Shown piece by piece: positions 1 through 8,037 of a DNA stretch of 64,000 nucleotides (its first letter is position 1; each line of letters opens with the position of its first letter). Origin of the DNA: an uncultured Anaerolineales bacterium (GTDB lineage Bacteria; Chloroflexota; Anaerolineae; Epilineales; Epilineaceae); contig CAZYVI010000010.1 of assembly GCA_964651245.1 (NCBI GenBank), forward strand, positions 93,182 to 157,181. Direction: 5' to 3'. The notes below the pieces were generated by a model. The model was not told the DNA's origin. It ran no database searches and was given only the letters and a program-made list of their open reading frames with translations. A program made the translations under genes and the position numbers.

Positions 1-632
1 CGCCGACGCAGCCCGTCATCGCCGACGCGCCGCGCCTGTCGGACCACCTCGACGCCGAGAGCCAGGCCCACTTCGACGACCTGCGCCGCTACCTCGACCT
101 GGCCGGCCTGGCCTACGACCTCAACCCGACGCTCGTGCGCGGCCTCGACTACTACGCCCGGACGGTGTTCGAGATCCATGTGGCGGGCATCGGCGCCCAG
201 AGCGCGCTGTGCGGCGGCGGCCGCTACGACGGCCTCGTCGAGCTCCTCGGCGGCCCGCCGACGCCCGGCGTCGGCTTCGGCAGCGGCATCGAGCGCTGTG
301 TGGCCGTTCTGAAGCAGTTCGAGATCCCGCCGCCGCCGCTCGGCGCGCCGGCGGTGTGGTTCGTCTACTTCGACGCCGCCACCAAGGACGCCTGCGTCGC
401 CGCCGCGGTGGCGCTGCGGCGCGCCGGCGTCGCGGCGGCGATGTCGCCCGGCTCCAAGGGGATGCGCAAGCAGCTCGGCGACGCCTCGGCCGCCGGCGCG
501 CGCTACGCCGCCATCCTCGGCGGCGACGAGCTGGCCGCCGGGACGGTGACCCTCAAGGACCTGGCCAGCGGCGAGCAGCGCGTGGTGGCGCGCGCGGCGC
601 TGGCGGGCGCGGTGGCGACGCCGACTGCCTAG
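1..632 (+). CDS. hisS: histidine--tRNA ligase, C-terminal portion (5' end lies outside window)
   Basis: Frame open from nt 3 to TAG at 630-632. Class II aaRS motifs GLDYYARTVFE, CGGGRYDGL, GFGSGIERC, followed by an anticodon-binding-like C-terminus. No start codon in window. Confidence 0.85.
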   Translation, partial: PTQPVIADAPRLSDHLDAESQAHFDDLRRYLDLAGLAYDLNPTLVRGLDYYARTVFEIHVAGIGAQSALCGGGRYDGLVELLGGPPTPGVGFGSGIERCVAVLKQFEIPPPPLGAPAVWFVYFDAATKDACVAAAVALRRAGVAAAMSPGSKGMRKQLGDASAAGARYAAILGGDELAAGTVTLKDLASGEQRVVARAALAGAVATPTA

Positions 633-2098
633 CGCGGCTCGAACCGGGCCTGGAAGAACCTCAGGTACGTCGGCTCGTAGGTCATCCGCAGGCCGCGCGC
701 CGCGTCGCGCTGGTCGTGGACGGCCTTGACGGACTCGGCCACCACGTCCATGTGGGCCTGGGTGTAGACGCGGCGCGGGACCGTCAGCCGGGTCAACTCG
801 AGCGCCGGGCGGTTGTGGTCGCCGGTCACGGGGTCGCGGCCGGCGCTGACGATGCCGCGCTCCATCGCCCGGATCCCGCCGTCGCGGTAGAGCTCGGCCG
901 CCAGCAGCTGGGCCGGAAACTGGTCCTGGGCCAGGTGCGCGTAGAACGCGCGGGCGTCGAGGAACACGGCATGGCCGCCGATCGGGCGGACGATCGGGAT
1001 GTCCCAGTCGGCCAGCAGCTCGCCCAGGTAGCGCACCTGGCCGATCCGCGACCGGATGTAGTCGTCCTGCATCGACTCCTCGATGCCGATCGCCATCGCC
1101 TCCATGTCGCGCCCGGCCAGGCCGCCGTAGGTGTGGAGCCCTTCATAGACGACGACGAGGTTGCGCAACGCCTCGCCCAGCCCGTCGTCGTTCACCGCCA
1201 CCCAGCCGCCGATGTTCACCAGGCTGTCCTTCTTGGCGCTCATCCAGGCGCCGTCGGTGAGGTCGCACAGCGCGCGGACGATGGCCGCGATCGGCCGGTC
1301 GGCCATGCCGGGCTCGCGCTCCTGGATGAAGAACGCGTTCTCGACGATCCGGGTGGCGTCGAGGTAGAGCTTGAGGCCGTGCCGGTCGCACAGCGCCCGC
1401 AGCGCCGTCACGCCGGCCAGGCTCACCGGCTGCCCGCCGGCCATGTTCACCGTGCCCGCCAGGCTGACGTAGGCGATGTCGGCCGCGCCCTCGCGCGCGA
1501 TGACCGCCTCGAGCTTGGCGAGGTCGATGTCGCCCTTGAACGGGTGCGGGTCGCGCGGGTCGTGCGCCGCGTCGCCGATGACGTCGACGAAGCGGCCGCC
1601 GGCCAGCTCCTGGTGCAGCCGGGTGGTGGTGAAGTACATGTTGCCCGGGACCACCTGGCCGGGCCGGATCGCGGCGCGGCTGATCAGGTGCTCGGCGCCG
1701 CGGCCCTGGTGGGTAGGGACCACGTGGCGGTAGCCGTAGAACCGCTGGATCGTCTCTTCGAGCCGGTAGAAGTTGCGGCTGCCGGCATACGCCTCGTCGC
1801 CCAGCATCATCCCGGCCCACTGCCGATCGCTCATCGCGTTCGTGCCGCTGTCTGTGAGCAGGTCGATCGTCACGTCGTCCGACCGCAGCAAGAACGTGTT
1901 GTAGCCGGCCTCGGCCAGGGCGCGCTCGCGCGCGGCGCGGGTCGTCACCGGCAGCGGCTCGACGACCTTGATCTTCCAGGGCTCGGCCCACGAGCGGCGG
2001 CCGAACTGCTGGCCCATGGTGCGCGGCGGCCACGGCTCGGGGCGGGCTTCGGCCGGCGGGACGGCGGCGGGCGGGGCGGCGGGCTGCGGGTCGGTCAT
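629..2098 (-). CDS. tnaA: tryptophanase / tyrosine phenol-lyase family beta-eliminating lyase (PLP-dependent)
   Basis: Near-collinear match to recalled E. coli TnaA: KIKVVEPL..TTRAARE, FLLRSDDVTIDLLTDSGT, GDEAYAGS, PTHQGRGAE, SAKKD, HAVFLDA, FPAQ, YTQAHMD. ATG at 2096-2098 is preceded by GGGAGA with a 5-nt spacer. The stop overlaps the hisS stop inside a CTAG palindrome (629-632). Confidence 0.85.
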   Translation of the reverse strand: MTDPQPAAPPAAVPPAEARPEPWPPRTMGQQFGRRSWAEPWKIKVVEPLPVTTRAARERALAEAGYNTFLLRSDDVTIDLLTDSGTNAMSDRQWAGMMLGDEAYAGSRNFYRLEETIQRFYGYRHVVPTHQGRGAEHLISRAAIRPGQVVPGNMYFTTTRLHQELAGGRFVDVIGDAAHDPRDPHPFKGDIDLAKLEAVIAREGAADIAYVSLAGTVNMAGGQPVSLAGVTALRALCDRHGLKLYLDATRIVENAFFIQEREPGMADRPIAAIVRALCDLTDGAWMSAKKDSLVNIGGWVAVNDDGLGEALRNLVVVYEGLHTYGGLAGRDMEAMAIGIEESMQDDYIRSRIGQVRYLGELLADWDIPIVRPIGGHAVFLDARAFYAHLAQDQFPAQLLAAELYRDGGIRAMERGIVSAGRDPVTGDHNRPALELTRLTVPRRVYTQAHMDVVAESVKAVHDQRDAARGLRMTYEPTYLRFFQARFEPR

Positions 2099-2117
2099 TC
2101 CATCTCCCTCGGTCGGA

Positions 2118-3044
2118 TCAGTTGTCCGGCGCGCCGGCTTCGATCCAGCGCCGGATCGTGGCGATGTCATCGTCGGACAGGCGCACGCCGCCGGGGGGCA
2201 TGTACGGCGCCAGCTGGCGCGACACCTTGCGGTACAGCAGGCTGGCCTGCGGGTCGCCCGGCACGATGGACGGCCCGCTGTTTCCGCCGGCCATCAACGA
2301 GGCGTAGCTCTCGAGGTTGAGCCCGGCCACATAGCCGTGGCAGGTCCGGCAGTCGCGGCTGAAGATCGGCAGCACCGCGCCCTGGAAGCTGACCGCCTCG
2401 GGGTCGGGCTCCGGCGTGCCGTCATCGACCGCTGCCACCGCCCACGGCCGCGGCCCGTCGAGGCCGTAGGCGCCGGTGACGCGGACGAGGTCGAAGAGGT
2501 CGATGCAGCCGCTGTCGTCGAGGTCGGCCAGCGGCTCGAAGTCGGGGTCGGCGGCGCACTGGCGGTAGTGGGCCGCCACGCGCACCAGGTCGAACAGGTC
2601 GACGCGGTCGTTGCCGTCGGCGTCGCCGGCCGGCAGCGCGACGGCGGCCATCGTCGTGCGCCCGCCGGCGCGGCACGGGACGTCGTCGGCCGCGGCGCTG
2701 AGGTGCCGCGGCCGGACGGCCGTCAGCCGCACCATCCCCGCCGCCACGCCGATCAGCGCGAAGCGCCCGGCGGCGTCCGTCGTGGCCGACGGACCGTCGG
2801 TCCCGGCCTGGACGACGACGCCGCCGTGGTCGCCGCCGCCCCAGCGCTCGACCGTCCCGACGATGTCGCACCCGCCGGCCGCCTGCCGCGGCGGCGCGGC
2901 CGCGGCGGGCGCGGCCCGCTGGCGCGCGGCGACGGCCGCGACGGCCACGGCCGCGGCGACGGCCCAGCGCGCCGCGGCGACGCTCGCGACGGCGGCCGTT
3001 CGGTCCCGTCCGTTGCAGCGGGCGGTGCGGGCGGGTCGGGCCAT
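2118..3044 (-). CDS. secreted multidomain protein: signal peptide, CarbopepD_reg-like segment, two dockerin-type Ca-binding repeats, C-terminal CxxCH cytochrome-c (PSCyt-like) domain
   Basis: N-terminal hydrophobic Ala-rich leader. DADGNDRVDLFDLVRVAAHY and DLDDSGCIDLFDLVRVTGAYG resemble dockerin repeats. The C-terminus carries FSRDCRTCHG...LNLESYASLMAGG...VPGDPQASLLY. GGGAGA lies 7 nt upstream of the ATG at 3044. Confidence 0.6.
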   Translation of the reverse strand: MARPARTARCNGRDRTAAVASVAAARWAVAAAVAVAAVAARQRAAPAAAAPPRQAAGGCDIVGTVERWGGGDHGGVVVQAGTDGPSATTDAAGRFALIGVAAGMVRLTAVRPRHLSAAADDVPCRAGGRTTMAAVALPAGDADGNDRVDLFDLVRVAAHYRQCAADPDFEPLADLDDSGCIDLFDLVRVTGAYGLDGPRPWAVAAVDDGTPEPDPEAVSFQGAVLPIFSRDCRTCHGYVAGLNLESYASLMAGGNSGPSIVPGDPQASLLYRKVSRQLAPYMPPGGVRLSDDDIATIRRWIEAGAPDN

Positions 3045-3237
3045 GGGCGGATCTCCCGGGTTCGGTCAGGGCGCGCCGGTCGCACGACGACCACCGGGGA
3101 CGGGCTCATGCCCACCGCCGCGGCCACCGCGCGCGTACAGCGTGGCCGCCGCCGGCCGCGGCGACGTTGCGCCAGCGCAACCTGGGACGGCGGGATCGGG
3201 TGTACTCTGGCGGTTGCGGCACTGGAGGCGCCCGACG

Positions 3238-4425
3238 ATGCCCCGCCCCTATCGACTCATGCTCGCGCTCTTCGCGGCCCTCGGCGCGCTGGCGGCCCTC
3301 GACGCCGCGCTGGCGGCGCTGGGGGTTACGCCGTTCCTCACCGGCCTGCGCTGGCTGCGGGTGCATGCCGTGACGCTCGGGCTCGTGACCGAGGCCGCGT
3401 TCGGGCTGCTGCCCGCGATGGCCGCGCGCCGGGCCGGCCGCCCTCGGCCGCCCGACGACCACGGCCGCTGGCTCCTCCTCCACGCCGGCCTCGTGGCGCT
3501 GCTCGTCGGCATCCCGCTCGTCCGCCCGCCGATGATCGCCGTGGGCGGCCTGCTGGTGCTGGCCGCAGCGCTGTGGCTGGCGCAGGACGTGGCGCGCCTC
3601 GGGCGCCCGGCCGCGGCCGGCGCGGCGCACCGCTGGCGGGCCGACGGCCAGGCGTACGCCCTGACGGCGCTGGCCTTCCTGGCCGTCGGAGCGCTGGTGG
3701 GTACCGGGCTGTGGATCGGCTGGGGGCCGTGGCTCGGCATCGCCGTGCCCAAGGAGACCCACGTCCACGCCGTGGTCTGGGGCTTTGCGTCGCTGTTCGT
3801 GGCCGGGCTGGCGGTCGATCTCGCCGCCCAGGCCGCGCCGGCGGGCGGGGGGCGCGGGACCGCCGGGCCGTGGGCGCTGATCGCCGCCGGCGCCGCGGCG
3901 CTGCTGGCGGCGCCATGGCTGGGCGACGCCAACGGCCTCATGGTCGGCGGCATCGTCGTCTATGCCGTCGGGACGCTGTGGCTGGCCGCGGCGGTCCTGC
4001 GCCCGCTCGCCCGGCCGTTCGGGCCCGGCGCGGCCCATCTGCTCACGGGCTATCTCTGGATCCTCGTCCCGGCCGGCGCGCTGCCGTTCGTGGTGCTCGG
4101 CAGCGGCGGCCTGCCGGTGGCGCGGGTCGAGTCGGTCGGGCCGTCGATCCTGGCCTACGGCTGGCTGCTGCAGGTCGTCATCGCGCTGCTCCCGCCGGCG
4201 GCCGACCGGGCGGACGGCGGCTCAGGTGCGCCCGACGCGACCGGCGACGTGGCCGCGCTCGGCGGGACGTGGCCCAGCTGGGTGGCCGTCAACGGTTGCG
4301 CCGCGGCGCTCGTGGCCAGCATCGCCCTGCCGGCCCACGAGGCGCAGCTGGGCGCGCTGGCGTTCGCCCTCCTCGCGGCGGTGCTGGCGGGCCTGGCGGT
4401 GCGGCTGGCGCGGCGGATGGGCTGA
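3238..4425 (+). CDS. polytopic membrane protein (about 9-12 TM helices), possibly NnrS-like
   Basis: Continuous hydrophobic helices with conserved-looking His residues in TM segments (KETHVHAVVWGF). GGAGG lies 9 nt upstream of the ATG. Composition is not Arg-rich, unlike the alternative frames. Confidence 0.5.
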   Translation: MPRPYRLMLALFAALGALAALDAALAALGVTPFLTGLRWLRVHAVTLGLVTEAAFGLLPAMAARRAGRPRPPDDHGRWLLLHAGLVALLVGIPLVRPPMIAVGGLLVLAAALWLAQDVARLGRPAAAGAAHRWRADGQAYALTALAFLAVGALVGTGLWIGWGPWLGIAVPKETHVHAVVWGFASLFVAGLAVDLAAQAAPAGGGRGTAGPWALIAAGAAALLAAPWLGDANGLMVGGIVVYAVGTLWLAAAVLRPLARPFGPGAAHLLTGYLWILVPAGALPFVVLGSGGLPVARVESVGPSILAYGWLLQVVIALLPPAADRADGGSGAPDATGDVAALGGTWPSWVAVNGCAAALVASIALPAHEAQLGALAFALLAAVLAGLAVRLARRMG

Positions 4426-4513
4426 GCGGTTCTCGCCCGCCGGGCGTAGAATCGCTCTCGCGTCGACCGTCGGCGCCGCCGGCCCAGGCCGGCGACCGCT
4501 CGCCGAGGCCCGC

Positions 4514-5773
4514 GTGCGCGAGATCCCGGTCCCGATCGCCCCCGACACGCTGCTCGACGCCTGCACGGTGCGCGGCCTGCGCATCCGCGCCACCGGCCGG
4601 CCGGGTGGGCGGGGCAAGGCGCCGCCGGCGTGGCAGCTGCGCTGGCCGGACCGCGCCGGGGCGCTCGAGGTCATCGAGACGCCGGACGGGGCGATGGTGC
4701 GCATCGCCGCCAACCGCGACGGCGGCTGGGCGCACGGCTTCGCCAAGCGGCTGGCGCGCACGCTCGCCGACGAGGCGGCGCGGCAGGCGGGGCGCATCGA
4801 GGTGCTGCGGCCGCGGGTGCTGGTGGTGGTCCACGACCCCATCGTCGACGCCCGCAGCGGCCGCCGGCTGGTGGCCCAGATGGGCTGGCACGACCCCGAC
4901 GCGCTCGTCGCCCAGTACATCGACGACGTCGCCGCCGCCAGCCACGGCCTGGTGCGCTACGAGGTCGTGGAGCGGCGCGACGCGCCGTGGTTCCCGCCCA
5001 AGCGCGACGGCTTCCGCTACACGCCCGACGACTACCTGGCCCGCTGGCGCCGCCGCGACATGCACCAGCCCGACGCGATCGACTACCCGGCCCAGCTCAA
5101 GGCGTTCGACCTCGTCCGGCGCTGGGAGCGCGACGAGATCGACGAGGTCTGGTTCCTGACGTTCCCGTACGCCGGCGACTGGGAGTCGACGATGGTCGGG
5201 CGCGACGCCTTCTGGTGCAACTCGCCACCGGTGGCCGGCACCGGCGCCTGCAGCGGTCGCTTCGTGCTCATGGGCTTCAACTACGAGCGCGACGTCGGCT
5301 GCATGCTGGAGAACCTGGGCCACCGCGTCGAGTCGATGATGGACCGCGTCTGGCGCCGCCACACCGGCGAGCGCAACCTCTGGCACCGCTTCATCCGCAC
5401 CGACCTCACCCATCCCGGCCGGGCCGAGTGTGGCAACGTCCACTTCGCGCCCAACAGCGCCCGCGACTACGACTGGGGCAACCCCCGCCCGGTGCCGAGC
5501 TACTGTGACGATTGGCTGGCGTTCCCGCGCTACGCCGCGGCCGGCGCCGACTTCCGTGACGACGACGGCCGCGCCGAGGTCGGCAGCGGCGCGAAGCGCG
5601 TCGCCGACCCCCCGGCGCGGCCGCGGATCGTCGATCATCGGGAGTGGGGCGGCGGCGACATGCGCGCCCACCACGTTTGGTGGCTGTCGCACCTGCCGCA
5701 CGTGGCGGGTGAGACCGACGGGGTGGCCAACCACTGGTGGCCGTACGTCGTCGACCCGAACCGCGTGCCGTAG
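4514..5773 (+). CDS. hypothetical Trp/Cys/Asp-rich protein (419 aa), family not recognised
   Basis: Protein-like composition from 4514 onward (FLTFPYAGDWESTMVGRDAFWCNSPP, GNVHFAPNSARDYDWGN). GTG at 4514 is the first start after the upstream stop at 4425, with GAGG 9 nt upstream. The upstream part of ORF 3962..5773 is Arg/Ser junk overlapping the membrane gene. Confidence 0.5.
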   Translation: MREIPVPIAPDTLLDACTVRGLRIRATGRPGGRGKAPPAWQLRWPDRAGALEVIETPDGAMVRIAANRDGGWAHGFAKRLARTLADEAARQAGRIEVLRPRVLVVVHDPIVDARSGRRLVAQMGWHDPDALVAQYIDDVAAASHGLVRYEVVERRDAPWFPPKRDGFRYTPDDYLARWRRRDMHQPDAIDYPAQLKAFDLVRRWERDEIDEVWFLTFPYAGDWESTMVGRDAFWCNSPPVAGTGACSGRFVLMGFNYERDVGCMLENLGHRVESMMDRVWRRHTGERNLWHRFIRTDLTHPGRAECGNVHFAPNSARDYDWGNPRPVPSYCDDWLAFPRYAAAGADFRDDDGRAEVGSGAKRVADPPARPRIVDHREWGGGDMRAHHVWWLSHLPHVAGETDGVANHWWPYVVDPNRVP

Positions 5774-5824
5774 TCGCCTGATGGCGCGGCGGACCGTCGC
5801 GTTCGGCGGGCCGCCGGAGCGGGC

Positions 5825-6067
5825 TCAGCTCAGCTCGAACGGGCTCCGGACGAGGACGAGGTAGGGCGAACCCGACGCGGGCGCGCCGAAGAGGCGCTCG
5901 CTGTCGACGACGATCGCGCCGGCCGTCTCGGCCCGCCGCCGCTCGGCCTCGAGGCTCCGCTGACGGGCGGCGAGGGCCATGAAGTCAAGGTCGACGGTGG
6001 TCGACGCCGCCTCGTGGCGCACGGTGGCGATGGGGTCCTGCCACACGGTGTCGTGGTCGTAGAACAT
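5825..6067 (-). CDS. small hypothetical protein (80 aa)
   Basis: Non-Arg-rich composition (MFYDHDTVWQDPIATVRHEA...). GGGAGA lies 7 nt upstream of the ATG at 6065-6067. It is embedded in a longer spurious ORF, 5825..6709. Confidence 0.45.
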   Translation of the reverse strand: MFYDHDTVWQDPIATVRHEAASTTVDLDFMALAARQRSLEAERRRAETAGAIVVDSERLFGAPASGSPYLVLVRSPFELS

Positions 6068-6321
6068 CGTCCTGTCTCCCAATGCCGATCCTGATCCACC
6101 AGGCGATCCCAATCCGAGCGGGTCCAACCGGACCGTCCAAACGCCCAACCGCACGTCCCAATCCAAACCCGGCCCATCGAACGAGCCAACCGCTCCCGAA
6201 ATCCAAATGTCCGCGGCCGTCGCGAGGTCACGATTGCGTTGCGACCGCTGGACTCGGCAGTGATGACGCGGCCTCGTCGACGGAGGATACGGCCAATCGG
6301 ACGCCGCGGTTCGAGACCGGC
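6068..6321. repeat. array of ten or more degenerate CCAA(T/C/A) motifs (TTGG(G/A) on the minus strand) spaced 9-15 nt apart, between the methyltransferase gene and the small ORF
   Basis: Read directly on the plus strand: tcccaat, tcccaat, gtccaacc, gtccaaac, cccaacc, tcccaatccaaaccc, gccaacc, tccaaatg. The stretch is C/A-rich and no credible ORF crosses it. Confidence 0.4.
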
Positions 6322-7158
6322 TCAGGCCCGCTCGACGACCGCGCCGTATGGTGCCAAACGGCGCGCCATGACCTCGATCGCCGCCGGGTTGTCGTCGACG
6401 AGGATGAAGTCGCGCCCGTGCTTGGCGGCGGCCTCGCCCAGCGTCCCGCTGCCGGCGAAGAAGTCGAGGCAGACGTCGCCGGGGTTCGTGTGGACCTTGA
6501 CGATCCGCTCGACGATCGCCAGCGGCTTCTGGGTGGCGTAGCCCGTCTTCTCGCGCCCGTTCGTGCTGACGATCGTCTGCCACCAGACGTCGGTCGGCGT
6601 CTTGCCGCGCGCCGCCTTCTCGGGTCCGACGATGCCGGGCGCCAGGTAGGGGATGCGGTCGATGGCGTCGTAGTGGAAGGTGTAGGCCTCGGGGTCGACG
6701 CTGTACCACAGGATGTTGTCGTGCTTGGCCGGCCAGCGACGCTTCGAGCGGGCGCCGTAGTCGTAGGCCCAGATGATCTCGTTCTGGAACGCGTCGCGCC
6801 CGAACAGGGCGTCCATCAGGACCTTGGCGTAGTGGACCTCGCGGTAGTCCATGTGCAGGAAGAAGCTGCCGGTCGGCTTGAGCACCCGCCGGCCCTCGGC
6901 CAGGCGCGGGGCGATGAAGCCCGGAAAGTCGACGAAGCGGTCGTCATAGCCGCTGCGGCCGACGGCCTCGCTGCGGTAGCGCCGTCCCTGGAAGCCCGTC
7001 CGGTCGCCGCCGCCGTCGTCGCGGACGGTGCGCAGCTGGGTGCGCGTCTGCCGCCGGCCGGTGTTGAACGGCGGGTCGATGTAGACGAGGTCGACCGACG
7101 CGCTCGGCAGCGTCGCCAGCACGGCCAGGTTGTCGCCCTCGATGATCCGGCCGGCCAC
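6322..7158 (-). CDS. DNA methyltransferase (N4-cytosine/N6-adenine class, DPPF motif); no adjacent restriction gene
   Basis: VDLVYIDPPFNTG, then the catalytic region, with a C-terminal FFAGSGTLGEAA AdoMet motif. This beta-class motif order matches the DNA_methylase_N4/N6 family. GTG start at 7156-7158 with GGAGGGGAGGG upstream. Confidence 0.8.
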   Translation of the reverse strand: MAGRIIEGDNLAVLATLPSASVDLVYIDPPFNTGRRQTRTQLRTVRDDGGGDRTGFQGRRYRSEAVGRSGYDDRFVDFPGFIAPRLAEGRRVLKPTGSFFLHMDYREVHYAKVLMDALFGRDAFQNEIIWAYDYGARSKRRWPAKHDNILWYSVDPEAYTFHYDAIDRIPYLAPGIVGPEKAARGKTPTDVWWQTIVSTNGREKTGYATQKPLAIVERIVKVHTNPGDVCLDFFAGSGTLGEAAAKHGRDFILVDDNPAAIEVMARRLAPYGAVVERA

Positions 7159-7246
7159 GCGCCCTCCCCTCCGGCGCGACGGCGCCGCGCCCGGCGCGGA
7201 GGATGATACCTCCGGCCGCCCGTCCCCTGCCGGCTATACTGCGGCC

Positions 7247-8029
7247 ATGCCCGCCCCGCCGCCACCCGCCCTCGTCCGCGCCGCCGCCGCCGTGGCGACG
7301 GCCTTCCTGGTGCTGCCGCTGGCCGGGCTGGCCGCGCGAACGCCGTGGGACCGGGCGCTGGCGGTCGTGACGGCGCCGGCCACGGTAACGGCGCTGCGGC
7401 TGTCGCTGGTCGTCTCGACGGCCGCCACCGCCGCCGCCTTCGCCCTCGGCTTCCCGCTGGGCTGGTGGTTGGCCCGCGGCGCGCGCCGGCCGGTGGCCGT
7501 GGTGCGGCCGTTCGTGCTGCTGCCGCTCGTGCTGCCGCCGGTGGTGGGCGGCGTGGCGCTGCTGGCGGCGCTCGGGCGCCGCGGCCTGGTGGGCGCCTGG
7601 CTCGACGCGGCCGGCATCCGGCTGCCGTTCACGACGCTCGGCGCCGTCGTCGCCGCCGCGTTCGTCGCGCTGCCGCTCGTCACGCTGGCCGTCGAGGCCG
7701 GCTTCCGCGCGCTCGACCCGCGGCTGGAGGCGGCGGCGGCGGTGCTGGGCGCGTCGCCCGGCTTCACGCTGCGGCGCGTGACGCTGCCGCTGCTGGGGGC
7801 GCAGTTGGCGGCCGGGCTGGCGCTGGGCTGGGCGCGTGCCCTGGGCGAGTTCGGCGCCACGATCACCTTCGCCGGCAACCGGGCGGGCCGGACCCAGACG
7901 CTGCCGCTGGCCATCTACGAGCTGCTCCACCACGACGCCGACGCGGCGATCGTGCTCTCGCTGGGCTTGGTGGCGGTGGCCGCGGCGACCCTGGCGCTGC
8001 TGCACGGCCGCCTGGTGCACGCCGGCTGA
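7247..8029 (+). CDS. modB: ABC transporter permease, molybdate/sulfate (ModB/CysT-like) type
   Basis: Five or six TM helices and the EAAAVLGASPGFTLRRVTLPL (EAA loop) motif. ATG at 7247 is preceded by TATACT (7235-7240) plus 6 nt and no SD, which fits a leaderless transcript. Confidence 0.7.
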   Translation: MPAPPPPALVRAAAAVATAFLVLPLAGLAARTPWDRALAVVTAPATVTALRLSLVVSTAATAAAFALGFPLGWWLARGARRPVAVVRPFVLLPLVLPPVVGGVALLAALGRRGLVGAWLDAAGIRLPFTTLGAVVAAAFVALPLVTLAVEAGFRALDPRLEAAAAVLGASPGFTLRRVTLPLLGAQLAAGLALGWARALGEFGATITFAGNRAGRTQTLPLAIYELLHHDADAAIVLSLGLVAVAAATLALLHGRLVHAG

Positions 8030-8037
8030 GCCCGGCG

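Noticed and set aside
1968-5159. 1063-aa plus-strand ORF spanning the tnaA start, the dockerin gene and the membrane-protein gene.
   Set aside because: Arg/Gly-rich junk. It overlaps three independently supported genes on both strands.
6082-7206. 374-aa plus-strand ORF across the CCAAN array and the methyltransferase gene.
   Set aside because: It is antisense to the well-supported methyltransferase and its composition is dominated by Arg, Pro and Gly.
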